From Octopus sinensis (taxonomy: Eukaryota), in the NCBI RefSeq assembly GCF_006345805.1, contig NC_043001.1, positions 109,802,001 to 109,866,000 of the forward strand: a stretch of 64,000 nt of DNA. The letters are read 5' to 3'. Below, piece by piece: positions 12,351-25,378 of the stretch. Each line of letters opens with the position of its first letter. Position 1 is the stretch's first letter. The translations under genes and the position numbers were made by a program. The notes under the pieces are model-generated. The model searched no databases. It saw only the letters and a list, made by a program, of their open reading frames with translations, and was not told the origin of the DNA.

Positions 12351-13608
12351 GAATAATAAGAATGTTTTGTCATGCCACGTGTATTAGATTTCTATAATTT
12401 TAAATTCCATATACGGTCTACATATATTATCATATCCATCTTCACAATTATACCTTCCTTCGCTCTCTCAAATATATAATTACTAATATTCATACAAAAA
12501 CAAAGAGGAAAAACAGAATGGTAAAATGGGAGGCTACACGTATAACACATAACTTAGAAGTAGCCTTAAACGATGTGCCAGTGTACACGAGATTGAGACA
12601 TGACCAACCTCACGCACTTCTCGTGAGGAATTCCGAGAGGAGTTTCGTGAGACCACAGCTGAGACGCTTCCGAAAAAAGAAAAGAAGAGCCGTTGGATTA
12701 CCGATTATAGCAGCAACTCCATCAATTCCTAGGGCTATCTGAAGAATGAATTTTATTCCGAAATATTATATCAGACTATGGATGATTAAAGTACAACATT
12801 TATTATAGTCCATTGTTCGTATTGTGGCGCATTGTTGTGTCATTCGAAATATTTTATTCCATACATTGTTAATTTCACATCTTCACATCACAGCATATAA
12901 TGTGTGAAATTACAATATTTGAAATTCTAGTAAATTAATTATACCTATTTTTCCCTGATGATATTTAAAATTCATTGTAATCCTATTAGATAAATGATTA
13001 CTTATTAGGTCTTCCCTGAAATACTATTTACGTTAATCTGCGTCGTAATTGTTCCAGAGATAATTTGTTAGACAGCCATTAAAAGATAATATATTCTGCT
13101 ACTGTTTAGGTTCAGTTAATTGAATTTCTCTTTCCTACTTGTTGTTTTGAAGGCACGTAGATTTCTATACTAGACATATATAAAATAATTTGTTGTTCTA
13201 GCTCTGTGTGGTTCGTACATAATTTGTTTGTCACTTTAGGAGTAATCTTAAAGAGAAGAAAGGCAATTAAGAACACGAGTATCATGCTAGACGCAGATAG
13301 TTAAGTAAGAGGATTAATACAAACCCAGACGTATCAATGAATCAGATAGAGTACGGCACATCGAAATATATAGTAGGATTATTATAGACAAGATAAAGAG
13401 AAGATATGGGAATATTATAATAGAGGATTTAGATCAATAATTATAACGAATTCATTTATGGAATTAGTTTATTTCTCAGGACTATCCACTGATTTTAGCT
13501 GTTAGTTTTAAGGAGAGTTTAGAAGGAAATGGAGTACAGCATGGAGGTATTTTCAGCCTACCACGCACAAGCAAATGTTACAATTTTCAACAGAATAATT
13601 GCCAAATA

Positions 13609-13731
13609 GGCGCACGAGTAGCTGTGTGGTAAGTAGTTTCCGGGTTCATTCCCACTGCGTGGCACCTATAGCCTCGGGACCACCGAAGCCTTGTGAGTGG
13701 ATTTGGTAGATGGAAACTGAAAGAAGCCCGT

Positions 13732-13778
<47 letters not shown>

Positions 13779-13820
13779 GTATATATATGTGTGCGTATAT
13801 ATATATATGTATGTATGTAA

Positions 13821-13867
<47 letters not shown>

Positions 13868-14068
13868 TGTCTCTGCGTTTGTCCCCCTACATCGCTTGGC
13901 AACCGATGGTGGTGTGTTTGCGTCCCCGTAACTTAGCGGTTCAGCAAAAGTTACCGATAGATTAAGTACTAGGCTCACAAAGAATAAGTTCTGGCGTAGA
14001 TTTGCTCGACTAAAGGCGTTGCTCCAGAATGGCCGCAGTCCAACAACTGAAACAAGTAAAAGAGTAAA
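13609..14068 (+). mobile_element. SINE type A
   Basis: Same architecture, small deletions in the head. Confidence 0.85.
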
Positions 14069-14594
14069 GTGTTCAAATTATTTATTACGCTGCGGAAGAG
14101 AGAAAACAGGCAGGAACACAGAGACGTTGAAATTCCTGTTGTTCTACAAAAAACTCAGCTCATTTATCAACTAAACGACCAGCATCGCTCGTACTCTTAT
14201 GTGGTCTCTCAAATTCCTCTATATCAAATTCCCCTGACAGACGAAGAAAAATTGAAAGATGCTGGATAATGACGAATGGAAAACAACGTATAACTTGTAA
14301 AAAACTAAGATTAGTAACAGCCAAAGCGCTTTACGCTGATCGGTTAAATATTAAAGCTTACATATACAGATAGCAGATTATATCATGTAAAGAATTTGAC
14401 AGAAATTGCCAACTGAAGTTACATTTTTCTCAATTTGTCGTTATTCAGAAAAGCATTGGAACGATTTACGTTTCCTATCTAAATATGGTGAAAATATCCA
14501 TATGCTGTTTATCTTACGTCAAGTTATGTACTTCTCGCGAGGATATGAAAAGTAGATTTAAATGATGACGAGTTGTTTCAACACAATAATTCAG

Positions 14595-14596
<2 letters not shown>

Positions 14597-14668
<72 letters not shown>
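14597..14668. repeat. (TATC)18 array, 5' flank of the Tx1-like LINE
   Basis: Perfect TATC repeat ending immediately before GACTGACGTG. Confidence 0.95.
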
Positions 14669-14989
14669 GACTGACGTGTTGTCACATCGGCCCCGAAGGT
14701 AATCGTTTATTTTGACTATTTATAGCCCGCATTTTGTGTACATTTTTGTAAATAAGTTGTGTAAAGCACCCAACTTTCGTTTGAATGCTTTTCCAAGGGA
14801 GGAATTCGCCCCCAGGGGCAGTTTCAGCCCTAATCAATTTGTATATTTTTCTTGTCGACATTAAAAAATGTCGAGAAAATTTATTGTCGACGCTGTTCAA
14901 ATTCCTTCATGGACCAGCATTTCTCTAGCCTTGAAACGCTAAGAGAAAAAAAGAACTCCTGCACGCACACACATTCGAATAGAACAGAC

Positions 14990-15076
14990 ATGACCAGCAA
15001 GACATCAAAGACAAACCTAAGTGACGTGGAAGTGAACGCTGCAACCACTTTCGTTAACAGCCCTGTCACCACCACC

Positions 15077-15108
<32 letters not shown>

Positions 15109-16815
15109 CAACAAGAACGAGACTACCACTGCTACCACCACCACCACCAACATAAATGATAAAAATGAAACTGACACAAATACCATTAACAACAACAACA
15201 ACAACAAGAATAACAACAACAAAAATGAAATAAATATTATATCATCCAATAGTGAAGATATTATTAACATTACAGAAACAGCAGTACCTGAAAAAGCCAC
15301 GTCCAAGAATATTTCGGATACAACAACAACAAAAACACACAACGACAACAACTGTCAGAATAGGACAGTGAATTTCGCTGACACCCTGCGTCAGAAAAAA
15401 TAAATAATAAAATTTACAAATGAAGAGTTGATAGAAACGAGAGCACTCTTTACAAACTCAGGGCAGGATTTAGTATTGCATACACCTCAACACATAAAGG
15501 AACAAATAGAAAACAAAACGATTATATATAAAATTATATAAAAAAAAATGAACAGATAACAAAAAAGGACATAGAAAAGTGTGCAAAACACATCATGAAA
15601 AAAAAGAATATATATAAACTGAGGTCCCTAGTTTAATACAGTGGTGGTCCGCTTCCCTAACCAGGAAGTGGCAAAAGCTCACTCTACGGACACTTTACAA
15701 AATGATGAAATCATCATGATTCTGTATTACAAAGGATAAAGAGTGAGCAAAATTAGAATTAAAAATGTCCCAACAGATATACCACCCAAATGGATAACAT
15801 CGGCGATATGTTACCATTTAAAAACGATAAATATATTAGAAATCGCCGTGTACAAAAATGACAATTGGGGTCGTAAATCGATAGAAGTTACCATCCAGAT
15901 TGATGGGTCCTCTATCGAGAACCTACCTGATAGGATTCATTTAGAAAATGGGCAACGCCTATATGTTGTAGCAGGAGGGAAAAAGCCAAGATGCTACAAC
16001 TGTGGCAGCCCAGAACACTTAATTGCAAAGTGCGTTCTAGGACAGAAAAAACAAGGAAGAACAAATCAGAAAACAAATAAAAAACACTTGCTACCAACAC
16101 CAACACCACACTCAATTATGGAACAATGCCAAGAAAAGAAACAGCACCAACACAATTACCGTTGACGTCGCAACCAATTAAAGATACTGAACCAACACCA
16201 GCACCAAGGACGACATCTAAAAAAACAGAAAGCAGTGACGAGAAGACAAATTCTACCCTTAACACCACAACACATACACCGCACAAAATATCAACAATTT
16301 CTACAAACATACTTATTAACGCAAATGCTTTGCCTTTACCTCCTTCTGATTCGTCGGACTCGTCGTCCAACGACGAAAGTTCGACGGAATGGCAAATAGC
16401 CACAGGTGGTAAAAGGAAAAGATCGAAAAAGCCCACCAAACAAGTAAGTAAAACAGGGAGATATATAACTCCGGACAGCATCCCCTTAGACAATCAAAAA
16501 ATCAATGATCCCGCAAAACCACACACACAACTATCAGCAATAGACACAGACAATAAAAAACTAATGGATTACATTGCATCCAACAAGAACATCTGTGAAG
16601 ATGACTTTAAGACAAATAATCATCCGCGCACTACACCACCGAAACACCTAAGAATTGTACACATAACACAAACACAACACAATACACTGAAAACCATATT
16701 TCCAAATGCGGTAGGGGGGTTTCAAAGATACCTATCAAAAAAACTATTCAAACACCTCCTCAAAGACACAACAAAAAAAGAAGAAAAAATTGAAACTTTC
16801 GAAATGAGTAAGTGA
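14990..16815 (+). pseudogene. ORF1 (gag-like): T/N-rich N-terminus, RRM-like region, CCHC zinc knuckle; frameshifted
   Basis: ORF pieces 14852-15403, 15743-16165 and 16126-16815; CYNCGSPEHLIAKC = C-X2-C-X4-H-X4-C. Confidence 0.8.
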
Positions 16816-16881
16816 CCTTCCCTCTTGCCTCTTGTCTCTTCCAATATAGTGTGTGAAACACAAATTTCTTAAGCGTCAATT

Positions 16882-19800
16882 ATGCTTAAATTAGGTTGTG
16901 TGAAGGTGCATGGCTTGGCGTCGGCTTGGAAACAAGGTTACCTTCTAAACAACATCAAGTCACTGAACATGGATATAGTAGCTATCAGTGAAACCCGACT
17001 CAGCAAGTCATGGGCCCTCGCGTCCATGTTTGGCGATCAATTCGACATTTATTTTTCTCCCTGTCTGCCGAACATGGGTGGTGGAGGTACCGCGGTGCTT
17101 TTTCGATAGAGTCTAAATGTAAAAGTAAGAACAATATTCCTAGACCCGGGGGGTAGGCTGGTTGACTTGGACGTGGATGGCAGAAATGGGTTTGCATTCC
17201 GTCTGATGGCAGATTATGCACCGTCCTTAACGGGTCGGACGGATTTCTTCAGACGTCTAGAGGTTTTCCTGGGTACATCTAGACCTTTACTGTTAGTAAG
17301 GGATTGGAACGCTACCTTGGACACGCATCTAGATTATGTGGGAATGGATAGGAATAGAAGGAGGTGTAAGTGCCTCAAAGACCTACTCAGACGTTTCCAC
17401 TTGTCTGACAGGTTCCGACTTGACCATCCGAACGTGCCAACGTGGACTTGGACAAACCGCGTCGGATCGTCGAGATCTTATCTAGATAGAATTCTATGCA
17501 GGACAGCGGATAGGGATAGTGTAGGATGTCCACAATTTAAAATAGTCAGCTACACAGATCACAAATTTGTGACGTGTACGCTCGACTTAGATAAGACACA
17601 TAGATAGGGTCCCGGTTACTGGAAACTGAACACGTCGCTCTTAGCGCGACAGGTTTACAGGAACCGGATTAACGAGTTAATTAAGAGGGCGCTGGCGGGA
17701 GCCGTCGTTAACAACCGCTGGTGGTTCGCCCTGAAAATGGCAATAAAATCGGAATCAATTAGGTTTAGCAAGGAATTAGCGATAGATCGAAATATAGTAG
17801 AGGGAGACCTGGTTAAGAATCTAGAAGAGGCACTTACCACTGGCAGCGCAACCAACTGCGAGGATGGCCCTCGACCAACACCTCAACGCCAAGCACGAAG
17901 GTTGCGTCGTCAGAGCTAAAATGCGTGCCTTAAGGAAGGAAGGGATCGAAGCTGCGCGAGAGGCCCGGGTAGCGGAGGCGCAACGTGGCAACAGAGCCAC
18001 CATTCAGTCTCTAATAGATCAACAGGGATGCAGTTTACTCGAACCCGAAAGGATGTGTGAGGCCTTTCAACAGCACTTTGCTCGACTGTTTGGTGCGAGT
18101 GGTGGGTCGGAACGCGGGATGGATTTCAGTGCCTACCTGACCGACCTGCCACGGCTCTCGGCAAAAGAAGCGGAGTGTTGTGAAAGTCTCGTCACAGCCG
18201 CTGACGTGCGGGATGCGATGGCGGGCTGCGCGAGGGATAAGTCGCCTGGATTGGATAGTTTACCCTACTAGCTGTATTGTCAAATGCCAGACTTGTTTGG
18301 CGACCTCTTGGCATCAGTCTACTGCAACTGGCAACAAAACGGGAGAATCCCCGGTTTCGTGAGCCGAGGTGCAGTGACGTTGCTGAAGAAAGACCCAAAC
18401 AAGGGGAATTTTATAGATAATTTCAGGCCCATCACTCTGCTCAACGCAGATTTGAAAATTTTGGCCAAAGTAAGCCGAGAGGTTAGCGCTTGTCATTGGT
18501 AAACTGGTCGACAGGGGGCAAACATGCGCCGTGCCGGGCAGAACCATACATGACAACCTCCATCTGATGCGCTACATTGTGGACAGAGTAGTTAAGGATC
18601 CTGGCATGGGTGGGGCGCTGATCAATTTGGATCAGTCTAAAGCCTTCGATAGGGTCGACCATCGGTACTTGGCGGCCGTCCTCATGGCGGCTGGCTTCGG
18701 TCCCGTCTTCCGCTGTTGGATCGCTGCCTTGTATAGCGGCATCCGATCGGTGATTCGAGTGAACGGTCACCTGTCGAAACCGTTTGACATCACGCGTTCG
18801 GTCCGTCAGGGGTGTCCCCTGTCGGCGCTTCTGTATGTATTGACTCTCGAGCCGCTACTGCGGAAGCTGGCGACATTGAGGGGCATCCCACGGGAACTGG
18901 GTTGCGGGACGAGCGTGTCGGCATATGCGGACGATGTCACCGTCATAGTGTCGAGCGAAAAACACATCAGATTATAGGCGAGACACTAAGAAAATACGAA
19001 ACGGTGACGGGAGCGAAAATTATCCCGGAAAAGTCAGTGGGTTTGCTACTAGGCACCTGGAGGAGCAAGCCCATGCCGTCCGACTGCGGCTCAGTAGTGG
19101 GACGCTGGACGGACGGACCGGTTAAATTGCTCGGGGTCTGGTTCAGTCCGGACCTCCAAATGGATAAGAACTGGGACGAGATCACGAATAGAGTGGTCGC
19201 TCTCAGCCAAACATAGGCCGAGAGAAAGCTGTCTCTAAAAGGTCGGGCGGAGGTGGCGAACGCGTACATCGCATCCGTCATCGATTACCGCCTGACCGTT
19301 GTGCCTTGTCCCGACGCCACTATAACCAAACTGGAACGCATACTCTTCGGCTTCCTGTGGATGGGTGGCGTTCCGATGGTGAGGAAGTTCATTTGCTGTC
19401 AACATCCGTTGAATGGAGGACTGGGCATGCCGTGGTTGATGATGCGCAGGCATGCGCTGAGACTGCGACATCTCTGGAACTTCATCGATGACGGTGAACA
19501 GGTGTGGGCGCCGTTTGTGAGGCGCACCTTCCCGCAGCTGGTCTCACTGACCGAATTGCAAACGTGAATCAAGAAGAGACCGAAACTGGGCGATTGGCAC
19601 CGAGAGTGTCGCCAAGCTCTACAGCAGCTCTGCCGACCGGGGTCAAACTTGTGCAACTTACTAACGACTAAAGCGTTTTAAAGAGGACTAGTGGAGGGGA
19701 GGTCCGACGACACACTCGGGGCAAATCTGGGCGTCGACGAGAAATTCCTAACCCGCCTGTTCAGGACGACGTTCGGGCCGGGGCCTATGGATAACTTCCA

Positions 19801-20306
19801 GAAATGCTTGGCAATGCTATCGAGACGCACTACCTGTTCGAGAGAAGAGCTACAGGCACGGTTCGAAAACCATCACCGGACCGACCTACCCGAGATGCGG
19901 TCAGAGCGACGAAACCATTCTGCATGCACTCGTGCAGTGTCCAGATATTTCAGAGCTGTGGACCTTCGTCGAACAGCTGTTGTCGCGTGTAGGACGGGCC
20001 CGCTTATCGGCCGAGTCTATCGTGAATATTGTTCCACCACCTTCCTTTAAACGGGAAGGGAAAACGGTTTTCGTTACGCTGATGGCTATGGCGAAAGAAT
20101 GTGTGTGGTGGACGCGTTTGAAAGGACTTCAAACAAACACCTTCCTCTCTGGTTCGTCTCTCGTCAACTTTTTCAAGTACCACTTGTAAAGGAGGATGAG
20201 AATAGAGAGGAAGGATTTGTCGAACGGAAGTTTTAATAAAAAATGGGTAAAAGTGGTAAAAATGGTCAGTATGAAAGACGACACTATTTTAAGCGTAAAT
20301 CTGTAA
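16882..20306 (+). pseudogene. ORF2: APE endonuclease + reverse transcriptase + C-terminal Zn finger; multiple stops and frameshifts
   Basis: APE: DIVAISETRL, DWNATLD, SYLDRILC, YTDHKFV. RT: KSPGLDSLPY, NFRPITLLNADLKILAKV, LDQSKAFDRVDH, VRQGCPLS, YADD. Zn finger: (Y)PRCGQSDETILHALVQC with the first Cys mutated. Stops at about 17107, 17605, 18269, 19214, 19565 and 20187. Confidence 0.93.
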
Positions 20307-20423
20307 CCAAAAGAGACAACGAGAGGTAAGGTGACTTACTCATGTGTTCATTTTCGAACTGTCTGAGGTGACCTTGGTCTTTTTTGTAGGTTTTTTCTTC
20401 CAAGGCTACACCTAAACTGTGAA

Positions 20424-20507
<84 letters not shown>

Positions 20508-20661
20508 TGCCTTTTTATACACCACACAACCCACAGATCCCTATTGATCGAAGGTTTTTTTTTGTCTGTCCCACCCATCCCACCTCGAAAAGAAAAAAAC
20601 TCTACATTGTATTTCGTTCATTTTTATTCTGTGTTTAGCCCTGTGTGGCCACAATAAAAAG

Positions 20662-21240
<579 letters not shown>

Positions 21241-21960
21241 AATACATGCATACACGCAAAGCTGAAGATAATAAAGTTTTAATATTGGTTTGAAAGGGAA
21301 CTTTTGGAAAGAAGACGAAGGTTACACGTTCTTCGAGATGCACTGCTCTAAAATGAAGATTAAAAATAAACAAACCAATTTGAAAACAGAGGTAGCAGGT
21401 ATTTTGCATTCCGTAATATTATTGGTAACTAAAGAGTGGACCTGGCCAAGGAGAAAAATGCATTGTTCGACACCTATTAACATGTTTCAGTCTTTTAGAG
21501 TCTCAAGTTAATACTTAATCTATCCAATATACTTCGACATGTTTTCGAACCTACACTGTAAAATTCTATCAATAATTGCTAAAGGATAATTATGGTACGT
21601 TGCCAGTGTTGCCATTCGGCCATGTTGCTATATGTCATTTACAGTTTCCAATTAACTGGTTCGTTGTATTTTGATATCTTGCACCATGAATTATTCACAC
21701 TCGTTTATCAGACGTTGTGGATAGAAAATGAATAATTGTATTTTGAGTAAAGTAAAAAAAAAATGTAAAATTGGTTTAGACGTCTGTGTTAAAATATAAC
21801 ACACCTAGAAAGAAACAAGCGAAAAATATTCCATCCCATTTAGAATTGAATTCTATAAACCGAGAATATGTAGGGATGTTTGTTTCGGCGCTGGTAAATT
21901 AATAATACAAGAAATATATCTATATTTTATTATGCTTAGAAGTAATTCATATAACAATAT

Positions 21961-22080
21961 GGACCGAGGTTACCGTGGTCTTTTTCGTAGGCTTTTCTTC
22001 CCAAGGATAAACCTTATCTGCTTCCCCCTTTACACCGTACATCATGACACTGTGATACACGATCCCTATTGTGATTAAGG
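21961..22080 (+). mobile_element. Diverged fragment of the Tx1-like LINE 3'UTR
   Basis: GAGGTTACCGTGGTCTTTTTCGTAGGCTTTTCTTCCCAAGG and GATCCCTATT match 20364-20412 and 20537-20546. Confidence 0.6.
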
Positions 22081-23125
22081 TCGAAAATTAGGAAGGTGCT
22101 TTGTAAATGTTGCAAATAAGTGCGTAAATAAATAAAATTTAATATATTGCTATCTTTTAATATTATGTGACTGAAATATTTGTCACGGAGTTATTTTGCT
22201 AGTGTCTTTGTTTTGGAAATAAAAATATCATATTTGATTTGGTTCTTCCTCGGCATTTCCTAATTAAAATTACGGGAAGAGTTTTTAAACACTTCACTAA
22301 AGTATACTACATTATGCAGTAAAATTGTTATACTTATGTTTGGTTTACTTCTGAAGTGTCTGTGTGATTTTTCAGAGGCAAAACGAAACAAGACAACAAA
22401 GATAGTGTTTTTGTTTACGGCATATAACATCAATCAGAATATAAATATTTCACACCTGATGGGTGGAGTATAGAATATCCAAACGATTTACTTCCTTTTG
22501 TCAGCGCATGTGGTTCATTGAATTCAGAACTTTCTCAGTATTTTGCTTTTTATTTTCGAGGGGAACATGTGAGATCTCTGTTGATACGCGTCAATATTTA
22601 GCATGAAATAACACACGTCTTCATTCATAATCTGACCACTCTCTTAAAAGAATGCATTTCAACTCAAACATTGTGTCAATCTTTAATAAAATTCTTATTA
22701 CCCGCTTTTATCTAAATCTCTTTTAATAAAAGTAATTTATTGAATTTCCTCGAGTTTCAAAATTGCTGAATACCTCCAATATAACATTCAAAATAATACA
22801 TCTTGATGCTACTTGTGTCCAACATTATTTGATAAAAAGCTTTCATCTTCTTTCCTGTCTCATCTTAAAGTATGAAGAGCCATAAAATAATATAAACAAA
22901 CACGTTTGAATTATTATGAGTCGATTTTACATGTTATAATAACATGCATGTTATTCGTGCATGTAGGCTAATATGAGAAAGATGGGTTCTTTCCTTTTAT
23001 TTCTCCAGAACTGAATGTCTTTAGTAGGGCATGATGTATCCAGAAAGAACAATACCCCTAGATATGGAAAATATTCGCAGACAGGCTTTTGACAAATTTG
23101 CAAAACATTTTTTCTCCTGTTTCCT

Positions 23126-23619
23126 TTACTCCTTTACATGTTTACAAGTTTCTGTCATTTGAATGTGACCATGCTAGAGCACTGAATATAGTCGAACAAA
23201 TCGATCCCGGATCTTATTCTTTGTAAACCTAATAATTATTCTATCAGTGACTTTTGCCGAATCGCTAAGTTACGGGGATGAAAATACACCAACATCGGTT
23301 ATCAAGCGATGGTGGAGAGCAAGCACAGGCACACAAACACACACGCATACACACACACACACACACACGCATACACACACACATATATATATGTATATAT
23401 ATATATATATCTATATATATATATATATAATATATATATATATATATTCATATATACGATCTGCTTCTTTCAGTTTCCGTCTACCAAATCCACTCACAAG
23501 GCTTTGGTCTGCTCGGGGTTATTATAGAAAACCCTTGTCCAGTGTTACCATGCAGTGGGACTGAACCAGGAACCATGTAGTTGGGAAGTAAGCTTCTTAT
23601 CACACAGCCACGCCTGCGC
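23126..23619 (-). mobile_element. SINE type A
   Basis: Reverse-complement copy with internal (CA)n(TA)n. Confidence 0.85.
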
Positions 23620-24319
23620 TTGCGCCTACGCATAAACTATGTGATATTATAATCAACTGCAGGCCTATAATACTGAAAGAGGTTTCTTTTATATTCAGAT
23701 ACAACATAATTTCTATGTCGATTTTGAAATTGTAACTTAGTGATTTCCGAAAATAAATACTTCACCATATGATTTTCCACAATTACAAACCATGCCATTG
23801 AAAAACATCATCAACGTAGTAGAGGATATTCACCTAGCAGGATTCCAGCCTACCTGGTGACATATAAAACTCTTCAATTAAATGAGGATGCCGTATTCAT
23901 ATTAAACCTAAGTGAATGGAAAGAGAATGTCCGTATGAAACAGGAAAATAACATGAAAATTAATGAAATTATTTTAAACCATTTTATTCATGCTGCTATG
24001 AAAATTTATCTCCTGCCATAAAATTAGACCTTAATGTATTCACAGAATGACACAACATAAAAGATATGTATTTCTCTATAATAATCTCGTTTTAGATAGT
24101 TTTGGAACGAAAATGTTCGTGGCGTAGCAGAGTTCAAAGGGATGTTTATTGAATCTAGCATAAGGAACTCCGTATTCAAATGCCCATATTGGTATCATAT
24201 GTTCTTTATTCATTTCCTACATACATAATATACATATGCACACACATAGATAGATACATGCATACATATATACATACATACATACAAACATACATAGTGC
24301 AAACATACATACAGGTATG

Positions 24320-24359
<40 letters not shown>

Positions 24360-24454
24360 AAAAGCAAAAATACGAATGTATGTATGCAACCTTATACGTA
24401 TATATGTGTATATACTTAAATATATAAGCATATAGCTTCTATATCTATCTCTCA

Positions 24455-24457
24455 ATA

Positions 24458-24543
<86 letters not shown>

Positions 24544-24572
24544 GCTAGCTAGCTAGCTAGCTAGCTAGCTAT
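24455..24572. repeat. (TATC)n grading into (TAGC)n
   Basis: Direct reading. Confidence 0.9.
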
Positions 24573-25184
24573 CTCTTTACATAGATGCACACAAATATAC
24601 TATGCTTGATCTGTGTTGAACCAAAACTGTTCAAAAACGCTTTATCTTGGAGGTGTTATTAAACACAGACAGTTTTGTTTCCCTAAACTTATGTTCTTGT
24701 AGGCTTATAGTCTCGTTAACAACATTTAGGTATTGCGGACACTAGAAATATTTTTTACCACTAATTACAATAAATCAAATATGTGTGCTAAGAGAAAATT
24801 GAACATGAGGAAAACAATAACGAGAGCAAAAGAATGATATCAGAGGGGTTATATTGAGCTTGGTATTCACGAATAATTTTGTTTCCAGAAGTGAAATTTG
24901 TTATCATTGTCATTATATAGACACATATCACGTCGTATATATACATGTATGTCTATGTGTATGTGTATGTGTGTGTGCTTGCATGTGTGGGTGCTTTTGT
25001 GTAACACTAATAGTTGGTAAAGTGAGAGAAGCAGAGTGAGCGTGATGTGTGCAAGGTATGATACATGAACAGAGATTGAATAAATATTTATGGAAATAGG
25101 GCAGAAAACGAGGCAAATATATGAAGAATATTTTAGAGAGCGGATGGTCATTGTATATACGTAATAATTCTTTTATTGTTGGCA

Positions 25185-25378
25185 CAAGGCCTGAAATGTT
25201 GTGGGAGGGCACTATTTGATTACATCGATCCCCAATGCTTGATTGGTACCCATTTCATCGACCCCGAAAGGATGAAAGGTAAATCAATTCCGGCGGAATT
25301 TGAACTCAGGACGTAAAACCGGGATAATCCTACTAAGCACTTTTCTGTCGCGGTAACGATTGTGTTCGCTCGCCACGA
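25185..25378 (-). mobile_element. SINE type B, diverged (tail B)
   Basis: CGACCCCGAAAGGATGAAAGG...GAATTTGAACTCAG body. Confidence 0.75.

Larger units (their letters stand above)
14669..20662 (+). mobile_element. Full-length, inactivated Tx1/L1-clade non-LTR retrotransposon
   Basis: 5'UTR, ORF1 and ORF2 with L1/Tx1 motifs (GPGYWKLNTSLL, LSLKGRAEVANAY, NGGLGMPW); 3'UTR ending AATAAAAAGT; flanked on both sides by (TATC)n. Confidence 0.92.

Noticed and set aside
14069-14269. 66-aa ORF upstream of the LINE
   Set aside because: No recognisable motif, non-ATG start, no splice support.
14881-15351. Hydrophobic 156-aa minus-strand ORF (apparent membrane protein)
   Set aside because: Antisense of the ACC/AAC repeats of LINE ORF1.
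24455-24545. Other (TATC)n arrays (also 32545-32740 and 46687-46747) as Tx1 insertion sites
   Set aside because: No LINE 3'-end sequence adjoins them, so they do not add support for targeting.
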